Counted from the stretch's first letter, positions 50,727-61,274 are shown. The stretch is 64,000 bases of DNA from an uncultured Thermoleophilia bacterium (GCA_963808735.1 CAWEHE010000016.1:131028-195027); one strand, 5' to 3'. Program-made: numbers and translations. Notes: generated from the sequence alone by a model not told the origin.

Positions 50727-52348
50727 TGCCCGAGCCCTTCCGCATCGTCGTGGTCGGCGGCGGCATGGCCGGCCTCGGGGCGGCGCGCGTGCTCGAGGCG
50801 GCGCGCGCCCAGGACACCTCCGTCGACTGGCAGCTCTACGAGGAGGAGCCGCGCTTCGGCGGCAAGGTCCACACCGTGCGCCGCGACGGGTTCGTCGTCG
50901 AGGGCGGGCCCGACTCGGCGATCATCGAGAAGCACTGGCCGATCACGGCCGCACGCGAGCTGGGCATCGGTGACCGCTTCCTCGACTGCAACGAGGACAT
51001 CCGGAAGAGCTTCGTCTACACCCGCGGGCAGCTGCACGAGCTGCCCGAGGGCATCATCCTCATGGTGCCGACGCGCATGGTGCCGTTCGCGATGAGCGGC
51101 CTGATGAGCTGGCCGGGCAAGGTCCGCATGGGCCTCGACCTGGTGCTGCCGCGAGGCGGCGGGGCGACGGGAGGGCCGGCGGGCGCCATCGGGCCGGCCC
51201 TCGACGAGAGCCTCGGCGACTTCGTCCGCCGCCGGCTCGGCAAGGAGGCGCTGCAGCGCATCGCCGAGCCGATCGTGGCCGGCATCCACGCCGGCGACCC
51301 CGAGCAGATGAGCGTGCGCGCGACCTTCCCCATGTTCCTCGACATGGAGCGCGAGCACCGCAGCCTGATCCTCGCGATGCTCAAGCGGCGCAAGGCGCGC
51401 CAGAAGGCCGCCGCCGCCCGCGGCGGCGGGCAGGGTGCGCCGGCCGGCGGGGCGACGGGGTCCGCCGCGGCCGGGACCGGCGGGACCGGCGGTGCCAGCC
51501 CCCAAGGCCCGCGCTCGTATTTCTACTCATTCAAGGGCGGGCTGCAGGACCTCAGCGACGCGGCCGTCGCGTCGCTGCCGGCCGAGCGCCTGCACGGTGG
51601 GGTCGGCGTCAAGACGATGGCCGCCTGCGGTGCCGGGTGCGGCGCCAGCGCCAGGACCGGCGCCTACGCGCTGCAGCTCGGCGACGGCTCGCGCGTGGTG
51701 GCCGACGCCGTCGTCCTCGCGACTCCGGCGTGGGCGAGCGGCGACCTGCTGCGGGCCATCGCGCCGCTCGCCGCCGCCGACCTCTCGTCCATCGACTACG
51801 TCACGACTGCGACCGCTTCGGTCGCCTTCCGGGCGGACCAGGTGGGGCACGACCTCAAGGGCTTCGGCTTCGTCGTGCCTCGCGCCGAGAACCGCCCCGT
51901 CATGGCGACTACGTGGAGCTCGAGCAAGTTCGACGGGCGCGCTCCCGACGGCCACGTGCTGCTGCGCAGCTTCCTCGGCCGAGCCGGGCGTGAGGCCGCG
52001 GCCCAGCTGGACGACGACGAGATGGCCGCGGTCGTGCGCGCCGAGCTGCGCGAGATCATGGGCATCTCGTCCGAGCCGGAGTTCGTGCAGATCTTCCGCT
52101 GGCCGCGCGGCATGCCCCAGTATCGCGTCGGCCACGTCGAGCTGGTCGGGCACATCGAGGCCGCCGTCGCCCGCGTGCCGGGCGTCGAGATCGCCGGCGG
52201 CGCCTACCACGGCATCGGCATCGGCGACTGCCTGCGCGAGGGCGCGGCCGCCGCGGAGCGCGCCCTCGAGCACGTCCGCGGCCTGCCCGAGGACGACGTC
52301 CCGCCGCAGCCGCCGGACCTCCCCGCCGCCGACGGCCTCGAGGATTAG
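50726..52348 (+). CDS. hemY: Protoporphyrinogen/coproporphyrinogen III oxidase (HemY/CgoX family)
   Basis: It has the N-terminal FAD motif IVVVGGGMAGLGAA and a HemY C-terminus (GVEIAGGAYHGIGIGDC). A low-complexity insertion is present. Confidence 0.85.
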   Translation: MPEPFRIVVVGGGMAGLGAARVLEAARAQDTSVDWQLYEEEPRFGGKVHTVRRDGFVVEGGPDSAIIEKHWPITAARELGIGDRFLDCNEDIRKSFVYTRGQLHELPEGIILMVPTRMVPFAMSGLMSWPGKVRMGLDLVLPRGGGATGGPAGAIGPALDESLGDFVRRRLGKEALQRIAEPIVAGIHAGDPEQMSVRATFPMFLDMEREHRSLILAMLKRRKARQKAAAARGGGQGAPAGGATGSAAAGTGGTGGASPQGPRSYFYSFKGGLQDLSDAAVASLPAERLHGGVGVKTMAACGAGCGASARTGAYALQLGDGSRVVADAVVLATPAWASGDLLRAIAPLAAADLSSIDYVTTATASVAFRADQVGHDLKGFGFVVPRAENRPVMATTWSSSKFDGRAPDGHVLLRSFLGRAGREAAAQLDDDEMAAVVRAELREIMGISSEPEFVQIFRWPRGMPQYRVGHVELVGHIEAAVARVPGVEIAGGAYHGIGIGDCLREGAAAAERALEHVRGLPEDDVPPQPPDLPAADGLED

Positions 52349-52677
52349 CTCCGCGCCGTCGCGCCGCGACCTCGCGTCCTCGCGCTGCGACCTCGCGACC
52401 CCGCGCTGCTTGAGCTGCCCTGCTGCGCCGCCACCCCCGGGCGGACGAACCGTCGGCATGTCGTCGCTCCGGACGCGTACCGCCAGGCGTACACCCAGAT
52501 GTACGCAAGTGCCTTTGCGCGTACGCTCGGGCGTGCGTGTTCGCACCGTGCACGGTTCCGGAGCCCGGCCTTCCGCAAGAACCAGCGGCGCAAAGGGTTC
52601 CGCCCCCCCGCGCGGTACACCCATCCGTGAGTCGTCACGCCGTCCGGCCGGCGGCGCCCGCTCGTCAAGGAGGCGTC

Positions 52678-52881
52678 ATGAATTCGTGGGTTCTCTACGG
52701 GACGATCTGGTTCATCGTCTGGGTCGTCTGTCTGTGGCTCGTCTGGAGGATGGTCGACCGCAAGGACCTCAACCGGGCGCTGTGGATCATCCTCTGCATC
52801 TTCTTCCCGGTGGTCATCCTGATCATCGTGGCGCTGCTGCCGCACAAGCACCGGGCGGAGCCGCCGGAGACCCTCGGCTAG
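52678..52881 (+). CDS. Small two-TM membrane protein (PLD-nuclease N-terminal domain-like)
   Basis: An aaggagg RBS precedes MNSWVLYGTIWFIVWVVCLWLVWRM... Confidence 0.5.
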   Translation: MNSWVLYGTIWFIVWVVCLWLVWRMVDRKDLNRALWIILCIFFPVVILIIVALLPHKHRAEPPETLG

Positions 52882-52981
52882 TCAGTCCGTGCGCGAGAAG
52901 GGGCGGGCGGCGCGAATCGCGCCGCCCGCCCCTTCTGCGTTCGCCCTGCGGCCCGTGCGGCAGAGCGCCGCGCGCCGCGTC

Positions 52982-53422
52982 TCAGTACTTGCCGAGCGCC
53001 TTCCAGATCCAGCGGTGCGGGGCGTGCATGCTCATGCCGGGCTTGTTGTACATCACGGCGCAGTGCCCGGTGATGACCTTGAGCCCGCGCTTCTCGGCCT
53101 CGGCGAGCGCCTCGGGCGTGTCGGTCATCTGGTGGAGCCAGATCTGCTCGACCCCGGCGTCGGCCGCCTTGGCCACCCAGCCGGCGGTCTCCTCTTTAGG
53201 GAGCTCCATCACGGCGGCCTTGACCGGCGCCGGCAGGGAGGCGAAGTCGGCGTAGGCGGTGTCGCCCTCGACCGTCCCTCCGTCGGGATCCATCGCGTAC
53301 ACGGTCTTGCCGCGCTCCTTGAGCGCGCCGTAGGTGATCTTGGGGTAGGCCTTCTTGCTGGCCTGGTGGCCGATCACGGCGTAGCTGTCGGCATCCCAGA
53401 ATCCTTCGCACTCAGACGGCAT
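52982..53422 (-). CDS. CoA-binding domain protein (YccU-like)
   Basis: The CoA-binding fold reads VIGHQASKKAYPKI...GKTVYAMDPDGG...KVITGHCAVM. Confidence 0.7.
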   Translation of the reverse strand: MPSECEGFWDADSYAVIGHQASKKAYPKITYGALKERGKTVYAMDPDGGTVEGDTAYADFASLPAPVKAAVMELPKEETAGWVAKAADAGVEQIWLHQMTDTPEALAEAEKRGLKVITGHCAVMYNKPGMSMHAPHRWIWKALGKY

Positions 53423-54389
53423 CGTTTCCCTCCTGTGGTTCGTTCTCGGCGTAGCACTGGCCCGGAGCGACCACGTCAGGGTGGCGTCCGGCGGCGCGGA
53501 GCGCGGCGCGCACCTCGTAGCACAGATGGCACTCGTCTGCGTACAGGTCGCGCTGCGGGGTGTGGCCGGCGGCCTGGGCGAGAGCCCACGGGCCGCCGGC
53601 GAGGATCTCGCGGATGACGGGGCGGACGAGCGGGTCGTAGGAGTCGAGGACGGCGCGCAGGCCGCCGGGTCGTGGCGCGGCCAGGTCGTCGGGCGCCGGC
53701 GGACCGCCGCCTCCGACGAACACGTTGCCGGCGCTGATGCCCTGGCACACCTGGAGCTCGCCGTCCGGGCCGACGTGAGCGCGGCCCGGATCGGTGAAGT
53801 CCTCGAAGGGGCAGGTGGTGAGCGTCTCGGGCGGCCGGGACGCCCGCGCGGGCGCGAGCGCGACGGCCGCCCGTCCCTTGTGCATCACCTCGCCGACGTC
53901 GCCGGAGCAGGCGCCGGGCACGCCGATATCGGCCGGCGCCCCGACCTCGAGCACGCTGACGGGGATGCCGAGGGCCTGCGCCGCAAGCACGGCGTTGCGC
54001 AACTGCTCCTCGTTCGCGTCCTCGACGAAGTACGCATAGGACGAGAGCGAGAGATCGGCCACGCCGAGGTCGGCGAACGGCGCGAGCCACACCTTGGCGT
54101 CGTCTGCCGACGTCGCCCAGAAGCAGTTGCTGACGATGCCGACGTCGAGGCCGCGCTCGCGGGCATGCTTCGCCGCCGCGAGCACGATGGGATACGCGAG
54201 CGTGGGCTCGCCGCCCTCGAAGTACACGTCGGTGAGCCCGAGCTCCGCGCCCTGGTCGATGACGCTCGTGAGCTGCGCCAGCGTCATCGCGCCATCCGCG
54301 TCCGGCGACCCCCACACGAAGCAGTGGTCGCACGCGTAGGTGCAGCGGTAGGTGACCAGGAAGTGGATACCTTCGAGCCGGATGGCCAT
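53412..54389 (-). CDS. Radical SAM domain protein (uncharacterised subfamily, Cys-rich C-terminal region)
   Basis: It has the motif LVTYRCTYACDHCF (CxxxCxxC) and further Cys in CPFEDF, VCQG and ECHLCYEV. Its stop overlaps the downstream CoA-binding gene by 11 nt. Confidence 0.7.
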   Translation of the reverse strand: MAIRLEGIHFLVTYRCTYACDHCFVWGSPDADGAMTLAQLTSVIDQGAELGLTDVYFEGGEPTLAYPIVLAAAKHARERGLDVGIVSNCFWATSADDAKVWLAPFADLGVADLSLSSYAYFVEDANEEQLRNAVLAAQALGIPVSVLEVGAPADIGVPGACSGDVGEVMHKGRAAVALAPARASRPPETLTTCPFEDFTDPGRAHVGPDGELQVCQGISAGNVFVGGGGPPAPDDLAAPRPGGLRAVLDSYDPLVRPVIREILAGGPWALAQAAGHTPQRDLYADECHLCYEVRAALRAAGRHPDVVAPGQCYAENEPQEGNDAV

Positions 54390-54479
54390 AGCGTCAGTGT
54401 ACGCCGGACGCGGGCGGCTGCGAAGCCATTGTCGATCATCGGCAGACCCGGGCGGCTGGTCGGAGGGAGCCGCCGGCCG

Positions 54480-55154
54480 TCAGATCCGCGAGCGGAAGAC
54501 CTTGACCTCGGCGGAGTACCAGTCGCCGGCGGCGTTCTTGATGCCCGTGTAGTCCTTGAAGAAGCGCGACGTGTTGGCCGTCGCGTGGCCGACGATGTCG
54601 CTGTTCCTGATGCCGAAGCGCGCCTTGAGGTAGCGCACCAGGCGCAGACCGGCCGTGATCTGCTTGTCGCGGTTCAGGATCTGCCGGTCCATCCAGTGGC
54701 CGTCCCTGCCGGCCTGGGCCTCCTGGACGAACTCGATGCCGATCGACTTCCAGTTCATGCCGATGCAGTGGCGGGCGCGGTAGCCGAGTGGCATCAGCTG
54801 ATAGATGGTGCCGTCCTTGTGGATGATGAACTGCGCCGAGACGCCCGGCTTCTCGCCGTTGTAGGCGGTGTTGGCGTTGAAGGTGTTCCAGGCGCTCTGC
54901 CAGGTGGAACCGGCGGTGTGGTGGAGGACGATGGCCTTGGGGTTGGTGAGCACGTAGGTGTGCTGCCTGTAGTGGCGCTTGCTGTAGTCGGCCATCTGCG
55001 CTTTGCGGCCACCGCCGTAGGCGATGTACTTCTTGACGATCGGGGGTTTGGGGGCGGTCGCCGCAGCGGCGAAGGCGGGCGCGGCGATGATGGCGATGGC
55101 CGCGATCACCCCTGCGACGCCGAGCGCGACGAGGCTGATGGTGCGAATGCGCAT
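54480..55154 (-). CDS. N-acetylmuramoyl-L-alanine amidase (amidase_2 / PGRP-like) with TM/signal anchor
   Basis: The amidase_2 motifs are IVLHHTAGSTWQS and DIVGHATAN. Confidence 0.75.
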   Translation of the reverse strand: MRIRTISLVALGVAGVIAAIAIIAAPAFAAAATAPKPPIVKKYIAYGGGRKAQMADYSKRHYRQHTYVLTNPKAIVLHHTAGSTWQSAWNTFNANTAYNGEKPGVSAQFIIHKDGTIYQLMPLGYRARHCIGMNWKSIGIEFVQEAQAGRDGHWMDRQILNRDKQITAGLRLVRYLKARFGIRNSDIVGHATANTSRFFKDYTGIKNAAGDWYSAEVKVFRSRI

Positions 55155-55224
55155 GGCGTCCGAGTATACGACGCAGGGGGCGGGCTCACCTCCGGCGGCC
55201 CGCCCCGAGAGGGCTCGTCCCACC

Positions 55225-56325
55225 TCAGCCGCCGGCGCGCTCCGGCGTCACCGCGAACTCGCGCAGGCTGGTCAGCCGCACGACGCGGAGCGTCAGCGGG
55301 CGGCCGATGGTGGCCTCGGTCAGCGTCCGGTGCAGGGTGTCGACGTCGGGCAGGGGCTCGCCGTCGATGGCGACGATGAGGTCGCCGGGCAGGAGCCCGG
55401 CCCGCTGGGCCGGGCTGCCGGGCTCGACCCCGGCGACCAGCACGCCGGTCTCGAGCTGCAGGTCGAAGAAGCGGACGACGCGACGGCGGATCGGCGTCGT
55501 CTGGCCGGCCACGCCGATCCGCCCTCGCGTGATGTGCCCGTCGCGGATGAGCTTGCCGGCCACATAGATCGCCGTGCTGATGGCGATGGCGAAGCAGATG
55601 CCTTGCGCCGGCGCGATGATCGCCGTGTTCACGCCGATGACATCACCGTGGGAGGTGACGAGCGGCCCGCCGGAGTTGCCCGGGTTCAGCGCCGCGTCCG
55701 TCTGGACGAGGTTGTCGATGAGGTGCCCGTTGTCGGAGCGCAACGACCGTCCGAGGGCGCTGACGACGCCGGCGGTGACCGTCGCCTGGAAACCGAACGG
55801 ATTGCCGATGGCGACGACCAGCTGACCGACGCGCAGAATGCGTGAGTCGCCGAGCCGGGCCGGGACGAGGTCGGGCGCGTCGACGCGTACCACGGCCAGA
55901 TCGGTCTCGGGGTCGTCGCCGACGAGCTGTGCCGAGAGGTCGCGGCCGTCGTTCAGCGTGACGCGCAGGCCATCGGCGCCGTGGGCGACATGGCTGTTGG
56001 TCAGGACGAAGCCGTCACTGGTGATGAGGAAGCCGGAGCCCGAGCCTGCGTAGCCGGGCTCGGGCGGGACCTCGGGAGCGCGTCGCGGGCCCGGGGCGCC
56101 GGGGCGGCTGCGCCGCCGGCGCCCGGTCTGCGGCGCCGGCGGCCGGCTCACGTCGATGTTCACCACCGACGGTCCGACAAGTTCCGCCGCGCGGATCACC
56201 GCATTCGAGTAGGCATCGAGCGGGGCGCCGTCGTCCGGCGCCGCCGCCTGCAGCTGGTCTCCCAGCGGCGCATCGGCCCCTCCGATCACGAGGTCGTCGG
56301 CGATGAATCGTGTGCGTCCTGTCAT
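55225..56325 (-). CDS. Trypsin-like serine protease with C-terminal PDZ domain (HtrA/DegP family)
   Basis: The catalytic motifs are TNSHVAHGAD and GNSGGPLV. A PDZ domain follows (GVLVAGVEPGSPAQRAGLLPGDLIVAIDG). Confidence 0.8.
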   Translation of the reverse strand: MTGRTRFIADDLVIGGADAPLGDQLQAAAPDDGAPLDAYSNAVIRAAELVGPSVVNIDVSRPPAPQTGRRRRSRPGAPGPRRAPEVPPEPGYAGSGSGFLITSDGFVLTNSHVAHGADGLRVTLNDGRDLSAQLVGDDPETDLAVVRVDAPDLVPARLGDSRILRVGQLVVAIGNPFGFQATVTAGVVSALGRSLRSDNGHLIDNLVQTDAALNPGNSGGPLVTSHGDVIGVNTAIIAPAQGICFAIAISTAIYVAGKLIRDGHITRGRIGVAGQTTPIRRRVVRFFDLQLETGVLVAGVEPGSPAQRAGLLPGDLIVAIDGEPLPDVDTLHRTLTEATIGRPLTLRVVRLTSLREFAVTPERAGG

Positions 56326-56500
56326 GTTCGTCGCTCCAGAAGTCGATCCATCGGCTTGTTCCCGCTACGAAACACCGCCCGTGCCCGTCGAGTCGGACGC
56401 GGGCCGGCGGGAACCGAGGTCGGCGGTCCAGGGCGGTGCGCGGAGACGGACGGGGCATGGGTTCGAACCCGTGGGGGAGCCTGCCGTCGAGCCCGTCAGG

Positions 56501-58603
56501 TCAGTCGAGGTTCTCGATCTCGACCGGCTCGATCTCGTCGGCCGGCGCGAACCCCCAGACGCGTCCGTAGAAGTACAGCTCCGCCTCCTCGGCGCGGATG
56601 ATGCTCTCCGCCTTGCGGAAGCCGTGCTGCTCGCCCTCGAAGGCGAGGTAGGCGAAGGGCAGCCCCTTGCGCCGCAGCGCCTCGACGATGATCTCCGCCT
56701 GCGCGGGCGGGACGATGACGTCCTCCAGGCCCTGCAGCAGGATCACCGGGCAGCTCAGGTCGTCCACGTGATGGATGGGGGAGCGCTCGCGATAGACGTC
56801 GCGCCGCTCGGGATAGGGACCCAGGAGGCTGTCCAGGTAGCGCGACTCGAACTTGTGCGTGCCGCCGGTGGCGAACGTTTCGAGGTCGGCGAGGCCGAAG
56901 AGGCTGGCGCCGGCGCTGAAGAAGTCGTACCGCGTGAGCGCGTTGAGCGTCGTGTACCCGCCGGCGCTGCCTCCGCGCACGCCGACGCGCGCCGGGTCGG
57001 CGTCGCCGCGATTGACGAGATAGCGCGCGGCGTTGATGGCGTCGACGGTGTCGACGACGCCCCACTCGCCGCGCAGCCGCTCGCGGTACTCGCGGCCGTA
57101 GCCGGTCGACCCGCCGTAGTTGACGTCGACCACGGCGATGCCCCGCGACGTCCAATACTGGACGTCCAGGTCGAGCATCGCCTCGTGTGCAGACGTGGGG
57201 CCGCCGTGAACGGTGACCAGCAGCGGTGGCAGCTCGCCCTCCGGCGCGGTGAAGCCGGGGTTGGCCGGCGGGTAGTAGTTGGCGTGCGCGCTGAGGCCGC
57301 CCTCCGTCGGGAAGACGATCGGCTCCGGGCGGCTGATGAACGCGGGGTCGATCACGATCGGCCGGCCGCGGCGGATGACCTCGCAGTCGCCGGTTCGGGG
57401 GTCGACGACGGCGACCTGCAGGCCCTCGGTGTGCGTGCCGGCGATCAGCCCGATGCGGTCGCCGAGGGGCGCGAGCGAGTAGGTGACGGTGTAGGGCGAG
57501 TCGAGCTCGCGCAGCGCCACCTCCTCATGCGCCGTGTCGCTTTCGGGCGCCGGCGCGCTGAGGACGGCGAGGTGGTCGCGGCCGTCTTCCGTGGAGCTGA
57601 CGGCCAGCGTCCCGTCGGCGAGGAACACGTAGTGCTGCAGGCCGAAGACCCACGGGACCTTGGCCAACTCGGCGTCGCGTGTGACCAGCGGGCACGGTTC
57701 CGGCAGGCCGTCGGCGGCGTCGCCCGCGATACCGTCCGGCGCGACCGCGTACAGGTTCCACCAGCCCGTGCGGTCGCTCGCGAACCACAGATCGCCGGCG
57801 GGGCTCCAGAGCGGCTGGAGGATGGACTCCTGCGGGCCGCCGGCGACGAGGCGCTCGCCGGCGATCGTGCCGTCTCCGGCGAGGTCAGCCGTCCACAGCT
57901 CCGTGCCGTCCCAGGGCATGCGCGGATGGTCCCAGACGATCCAGGCGAGCCGCCGCCCGTCGGGGCTGAGCCTGGGGGCGGCGTAGAAGTCGTGGCCCGA
58001 GGCGATGACGCGCGGTGGGGCCGACCCGTCGGTGGGCAGGGTGACGAGCTCGTTGACCACCGATCCGTCGGCCTCGTGCCGCTCGCGCACGGTCACCAGC
58101 AGGCGGCCGTCCGGCGTGACCCGCCCGTCGGCGTAGCGGTGGGCGCGCTCGGCCGGCGGCGCCGGCGTGATGGGGCGCGGCGCGCTCCAGCGCGGCTCCC
58201 CGCCGGCTTCTCCGTCGCGCCCGTCCGTCATCGCCGTCAGGTCCTGCCGGTACAGGCGCTGGTCTTTCTGCTCGCTGAAGACGACGCTCTCGTCGCCGTC
58301 CTCGGACCGGAAGGCGACGTACATCCCGCCGCCGTACTCGTGCACCAGGGTGCGGGCGCTCGCGCCGGGCGGCGTCACGTCGGCGATCTCGCCGCCGGGC
58401 GAGCGCCGCACGACGACGTAACGGCCGTCCTCGAGCGGGCGCATCTCCGTCCAGTAGAGGCTCTCGCCCGTGCTCTGCGGCCACATGGTGCTGACGCCGC
58501 CCTCGGCCATCAGCTTCGCCGTCACCGGCGACCGCCAAGAGCCGAAGGGGGCGACCTCGCGTGCGCGGCGTGTCGTCTGCGGTTCGTCCGATCGACCTGT
58601 CAT
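56501..58603 (-). CDS. S9-family serine peptidase (prolyl oligopeptidase/acylaminoacyl-peptidase type) with N-terminal beta-propeller
   Basis: The nucleophile motif is GGSAGGY. The hydrolase domain is C-terminal and propeller repeats lie upstream. Confidence 0.8.
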   Translation of the reverse strand: MTGRSDEPQTTRRAREVAPFGSWRSPVTAKLMAEGGVSTMWPQSTGESLYWTEMRPLEDGRYVVVRRSPGGEIADVTPPGASARTLVHEYGGGMYVAFRSEDGDESVVFSEQKDQRLYRQDLTAMTDGRDGEAGGEPRWSAPRPITPAPPAERAHRYADGRVTPDGRLLVTVRERHEADGSVVNELVTLPTDGSAPPRVIASGHDFYAAPRLSPDGRRLAWIVWDHPRMPWDGTELWTADLAGDGTIAGERLVAGGPQESILQPLWSPAGDLWFASDRTGWWNLYAVAPDGIAGDAADGLPEPCPLVTRDAELAKVPWVFGLQHYVFLADGTLAVSSTEDGRDHLAVLSAPAPESDTAHEEVALRELDSPYTVTYSLAPLGDRIGLIAGTHTEGLQVAVVDPRTGDCEVIRRGRPIVIDPAFISRPEPIVFPTEGGLSAHANYYPPANPGFTAPEGELPPLLVTVHGGPTSAHEAMLDLDVQYWTSRGIAVVDVNYGGSTGYGREYRERLRGEWGVVDTVDAINAARYLVNRGDADPARVGVRGGSAGGYTTLNALTRYDFFSAGASLFGLADLETFATGGTHKFESRYLDSLLGPYPERRDVYRERSPIHHVDDLSCPVILLQGLEDVIVPPAQAEIIVEALRRKGLPFAYLAFEGEQHGFRKAESIIRAEEAELYFYGRVWGFAPADEIEPVEIENLD

Positions 58604-58886
58604 CGCGTTCCTCGCTCGTCTCGTACGGTAGGAGGCGCGGCGGGATCCTGCGTCTCGCCGCGCCTCCGGGTGCTGCCCGGTCTCGGGGGGTCTCGAGTCG
58701 CCGGGCGCACGGCTTCAGGAACTGCCGGCCCCGCGCCGGCGGACGTCACGTCCCGCCGCTTCCATTGCGCTAGCTACCCCACCGGGGGTCGCGGCAATCG
58801 TCGCTGGGGGGCCGCGGGAGCGGCGGGCGACGAAGGAAGGGGTCGGCCGCCGGTGGCCGGAAGAGCCGCCGGCGGCCGACCCGGAC

Positions 58887-61274
58887 TCACTTGACGGTGA
58901 TCGTGAACGACCGAGAGGTCGTGGCGGCGCAGAGATCGCTGCCCGAGAACTTGACGCGCAGCGTGTGCGTGCCCTTGGGCAGGCTCGTGGCTCCCTCGCC
59001 ATCCTTGATCTTCACGGTCTTGTAGCTCACCCAGCGGCCGCTCTTGTTGAGCTGCAGCTTGGCCGTGCCGCTGGCGTCGCCCGGCCTCACGTGGACGGTG
59101 AGCTTGGACGCCCCGGACAGCCAGATCTGGGCGCTGACCTTGACGTCAGCCGAGGCGCTGCCCGGCAGCTCGTTCGCGGTCGCCTCGGTACGGGCGATGA
59201 GCTCGGCGTTCTTCGTGAGCCCCGGCACGACCTTCCTGAAGTACGCGTAGCCCCGCTTGGCCGTGGCCTTCACCTTGCCGACGAGCACCGGCGCCGCCGC
59301 GTCGACGTTCTGGCGGTAGATGCTCACCTGGAGGTCCTTGGAGCTGCGCACCATGCCGATGAGCTGCGTGGCGCCGCCGTAGGCGACCTTGGCCGGACGA
59401 GCCTGGACCATGACCTGTGCGGTCCTCTTGGAGAAGTAGCTGTCGAAGACGTAGCTCGTCGGTACCGTGACCTCGACGCCGGTCGGCTCCCCTTCATCCC
59501 CACTGTCGGAGCTGCCACCGTTGGGTTCGAAGGAGACCAGCAGATCGCTGTTCTTCGGTTGGGCGTTGAGGCTCTCCACCACGTCGGCGAGCGTCCGCGG
59601 CGCGCCGCCGCCGCCATCGCCGTCGCCGCAGCCGCAGCAACTGCACCAGCCGCCTCCCCACTGGTCCCAGCTGGCGGGCGTGACGGTGAGGCGTCCGTAC
59701 AGCGACATGCCCTTGGGGATCGTCAGCGTGCCCTCGACGGTCTGAGGGGTCGCGGACCCGTACCGGTAGTAGACGATGCGCACGAGGTTGTCGCCCACCT
59801 TGATGCCGTCGGGCAGCGTGACGTCCTCGATGCGCGCCGACAGCTGCGTCGCGGACACGTCGGCGACGACGTCGACGGACTCGATGCGCGGCTGGAGGAC
59901 CCCGTCGGGGTTGGCCGCGAGCTGCATCAGGGCCTGGGCCGCGTCCCTGCCGGCCTGGTAGGACACATCCCATGAGCTGGTCCAGAGGTTCTCGCGCTGC
60001 ACGGTGTAGGTCCCCGTGGCGTCGGAGACGACCACGGTGGTCTTCGTCGTCGCGCTGCCGGGGATGCTCGACTGATCCGCGGCACGGTAGACGAGCTCGC
60101 CGACGATGTCGCCGGGCAGAGTCGGGTAGGCGCCGGAGGAGACCAGCCACTCGCTGGCGCCCGACTCGTCCTGCATCGAGACGGCGCGGTCGACGAGGTT
60201 GACCGTGGTGGTCACCGGGAAGACGTCGGGGGTCTGGCCGAGATGAGCCTCGACACCCCAGTTGCGGTCCTGCACGCAGGTGCCCTTGACGTCGCGTGGG
60301 GCGATGAGCTTGTACGGCGTGTTGCTGCTGGCCCAGACGCCCTCCACGTAGCCGCCGGTGAGCGCCGCGTCGATCGCGCCGAACTGCTCGAACGGGTGGC
60401 CGAAGAGCATCGCCGCGTCGTCGTCGACGTAGGTGACGGTGCCGGCGGCGCCGACCCACACGGCGCCCTGCGAGAAGAGGATGGCGCAGGGCGACCCGGC
60501 CTCGAGGGTCGGGACAGGCGCGCCGGCCCACTCACCGCTGCCGCTCGCCGCCTTGACCAGCAGACCGCTCTTGGCGAACTTGGCGGCGATCCGGTCGAAC
60601 GCCTTGCTGCCCGGCCGGGCGCCGCCGATCTCGAGGATGCCGAGCGGCGCCATCACCGTCTGGCCGCTCGCGGCCTCGACCTTGGCGGCGGCCTTGGCGC
60701 TGCGGGCGACGACGACGCTGCGGACCACGCCGCCGCCGGTCTCTACGGGCTCGTCGAGCGCGTAGGTGCCGGCCGAAGGCGGCCGCGGGGCCTCGATGGA
60801 CGCCAGCGCGCCGACGGGGTAGTTCTCCTCGATCGCCGCCATGTACTCGATCGGTGTGGCGAGGCCCATGCCGTTGAGCGTGAACCAGTCGCCGTAGGAG
60901 AGGGCGCCGATGAGCTTGTCGGTGCCGGCGTCGTCGATGTAGACGGGGCTGCCGCTCATGCCGGCGGCGATGCCGCCGATCCTGTCGATCTGCGGTCCGG
61001 TGGCCTCGAAGAGGATCAGCGTGCCCCAGGAGTAGTCGACGAGGCTCTCCACAGTCACCGGGATCTCCTCCGGCGTGGTGCCTCTCATGGTGGTGAGCAG
61101 GTGGCCGCTGAGCGGCCCGGACTCGAGCGCTGCGGCCAGCTGTTCGAGATCCATCGTCGGCTCCGGTGGCGCCGCCGCGGCCGTCTGGGCGAGCGCCAGC
61201 AGCAGCACGATGGCGAGCAACAACGGGATGAACAGCGCCGTCCGCTTCACGGCTCGGCAAGACAGAAACGCCAT
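58887..61274 (-). CDS. Secreted S55 (SpoIVB-like) peptidase-domain protein with C-terminal Ig-like domains
   Basis: It has a signal peptide (MAFLSCRAVKRTALFIPLLLAIVLLLALAQTAAA), a GMSGSPVYIDD serine motif, a CSCCGCGDGDGG stretch and a beta-rich C-terminus. Confidence 0.6.
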   Translation of the reverse strand: MAFLSCRAVKRTALFIPLLLAIVLLLALAQTAAAAPPEPTMDLEQLAAALESGPLSGHLLTTMRGTTPEEIPVTVESLVDYSWGTLILFEATGPQIDRIGGIAAGMSGSPVYIDDAGTDKLIGALSYGDWFTLNGMGLATPIEYMAAIEENYPVGALASIEAPRPPSAGTYALDEPVETGGGVVRSVVVARSAKAAAKVEAASGQTVMAPLGILEIGGARPGSKAFDRIAAKFAKSGLLVKAASGSGEWAGAPVPTLEAGSPCAILFSQGAVWVGAAGTVTYVDDDAAMLFGHPFEQFGAIDAALTGGYVEGVWASSNTPYKLIAPRDVKGTCVQDRNWGVEAHLGQTPDVFPVTTTVNLVDRAVSMQDESGASEWLVSSGAYPTLPGDIVGELVYRAADQSSIPGSATTKTTVVVSDATGTYTVQRENLWTSSWDVSYQAGRDAAQALMQLAANPDGVLQPRIESVDVVADVSATQLSARIEDVTLPDGIKVGDNLVRIVYYRYGSATPQTVEGTLTIPKGMSLYGRLTVTPASWDQWGGGWCSCCGCGDGDGGGGAPRTLADVVESLNAQPKNSDLLVSFEPNGGSSDSGDEGEPTGVEVTVPTSYVFDSYFSKRTAQVMVQARPAKVAYGGATQLIGMVRSSKDLQVSIYRQNVDAAAPVLVGKVKATAKRGYAYFRKVVPGLTKNAELIARTEATANELPGSASADVKVSAQIWLSGASKLTVHVRPGDASGTAKLQLNKSGRWVSYKTVKIKDGEGATSLPKGTHTLRVKFSGSDLCAATTSRSFTITVK

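Noticed and set aside
52349-52677. A 330-bp non-coding gap after hemY containing the short repeat cgcgacctcgcg. Considered as a possible hemQ/chdC remnant or structured RNA.
   Set aside because: No ORF with a HemQ-like translation in any frame and no convincing stem-loop series were found. It is most simply an intergenic or promoter region for the small membrane protein at 52678.
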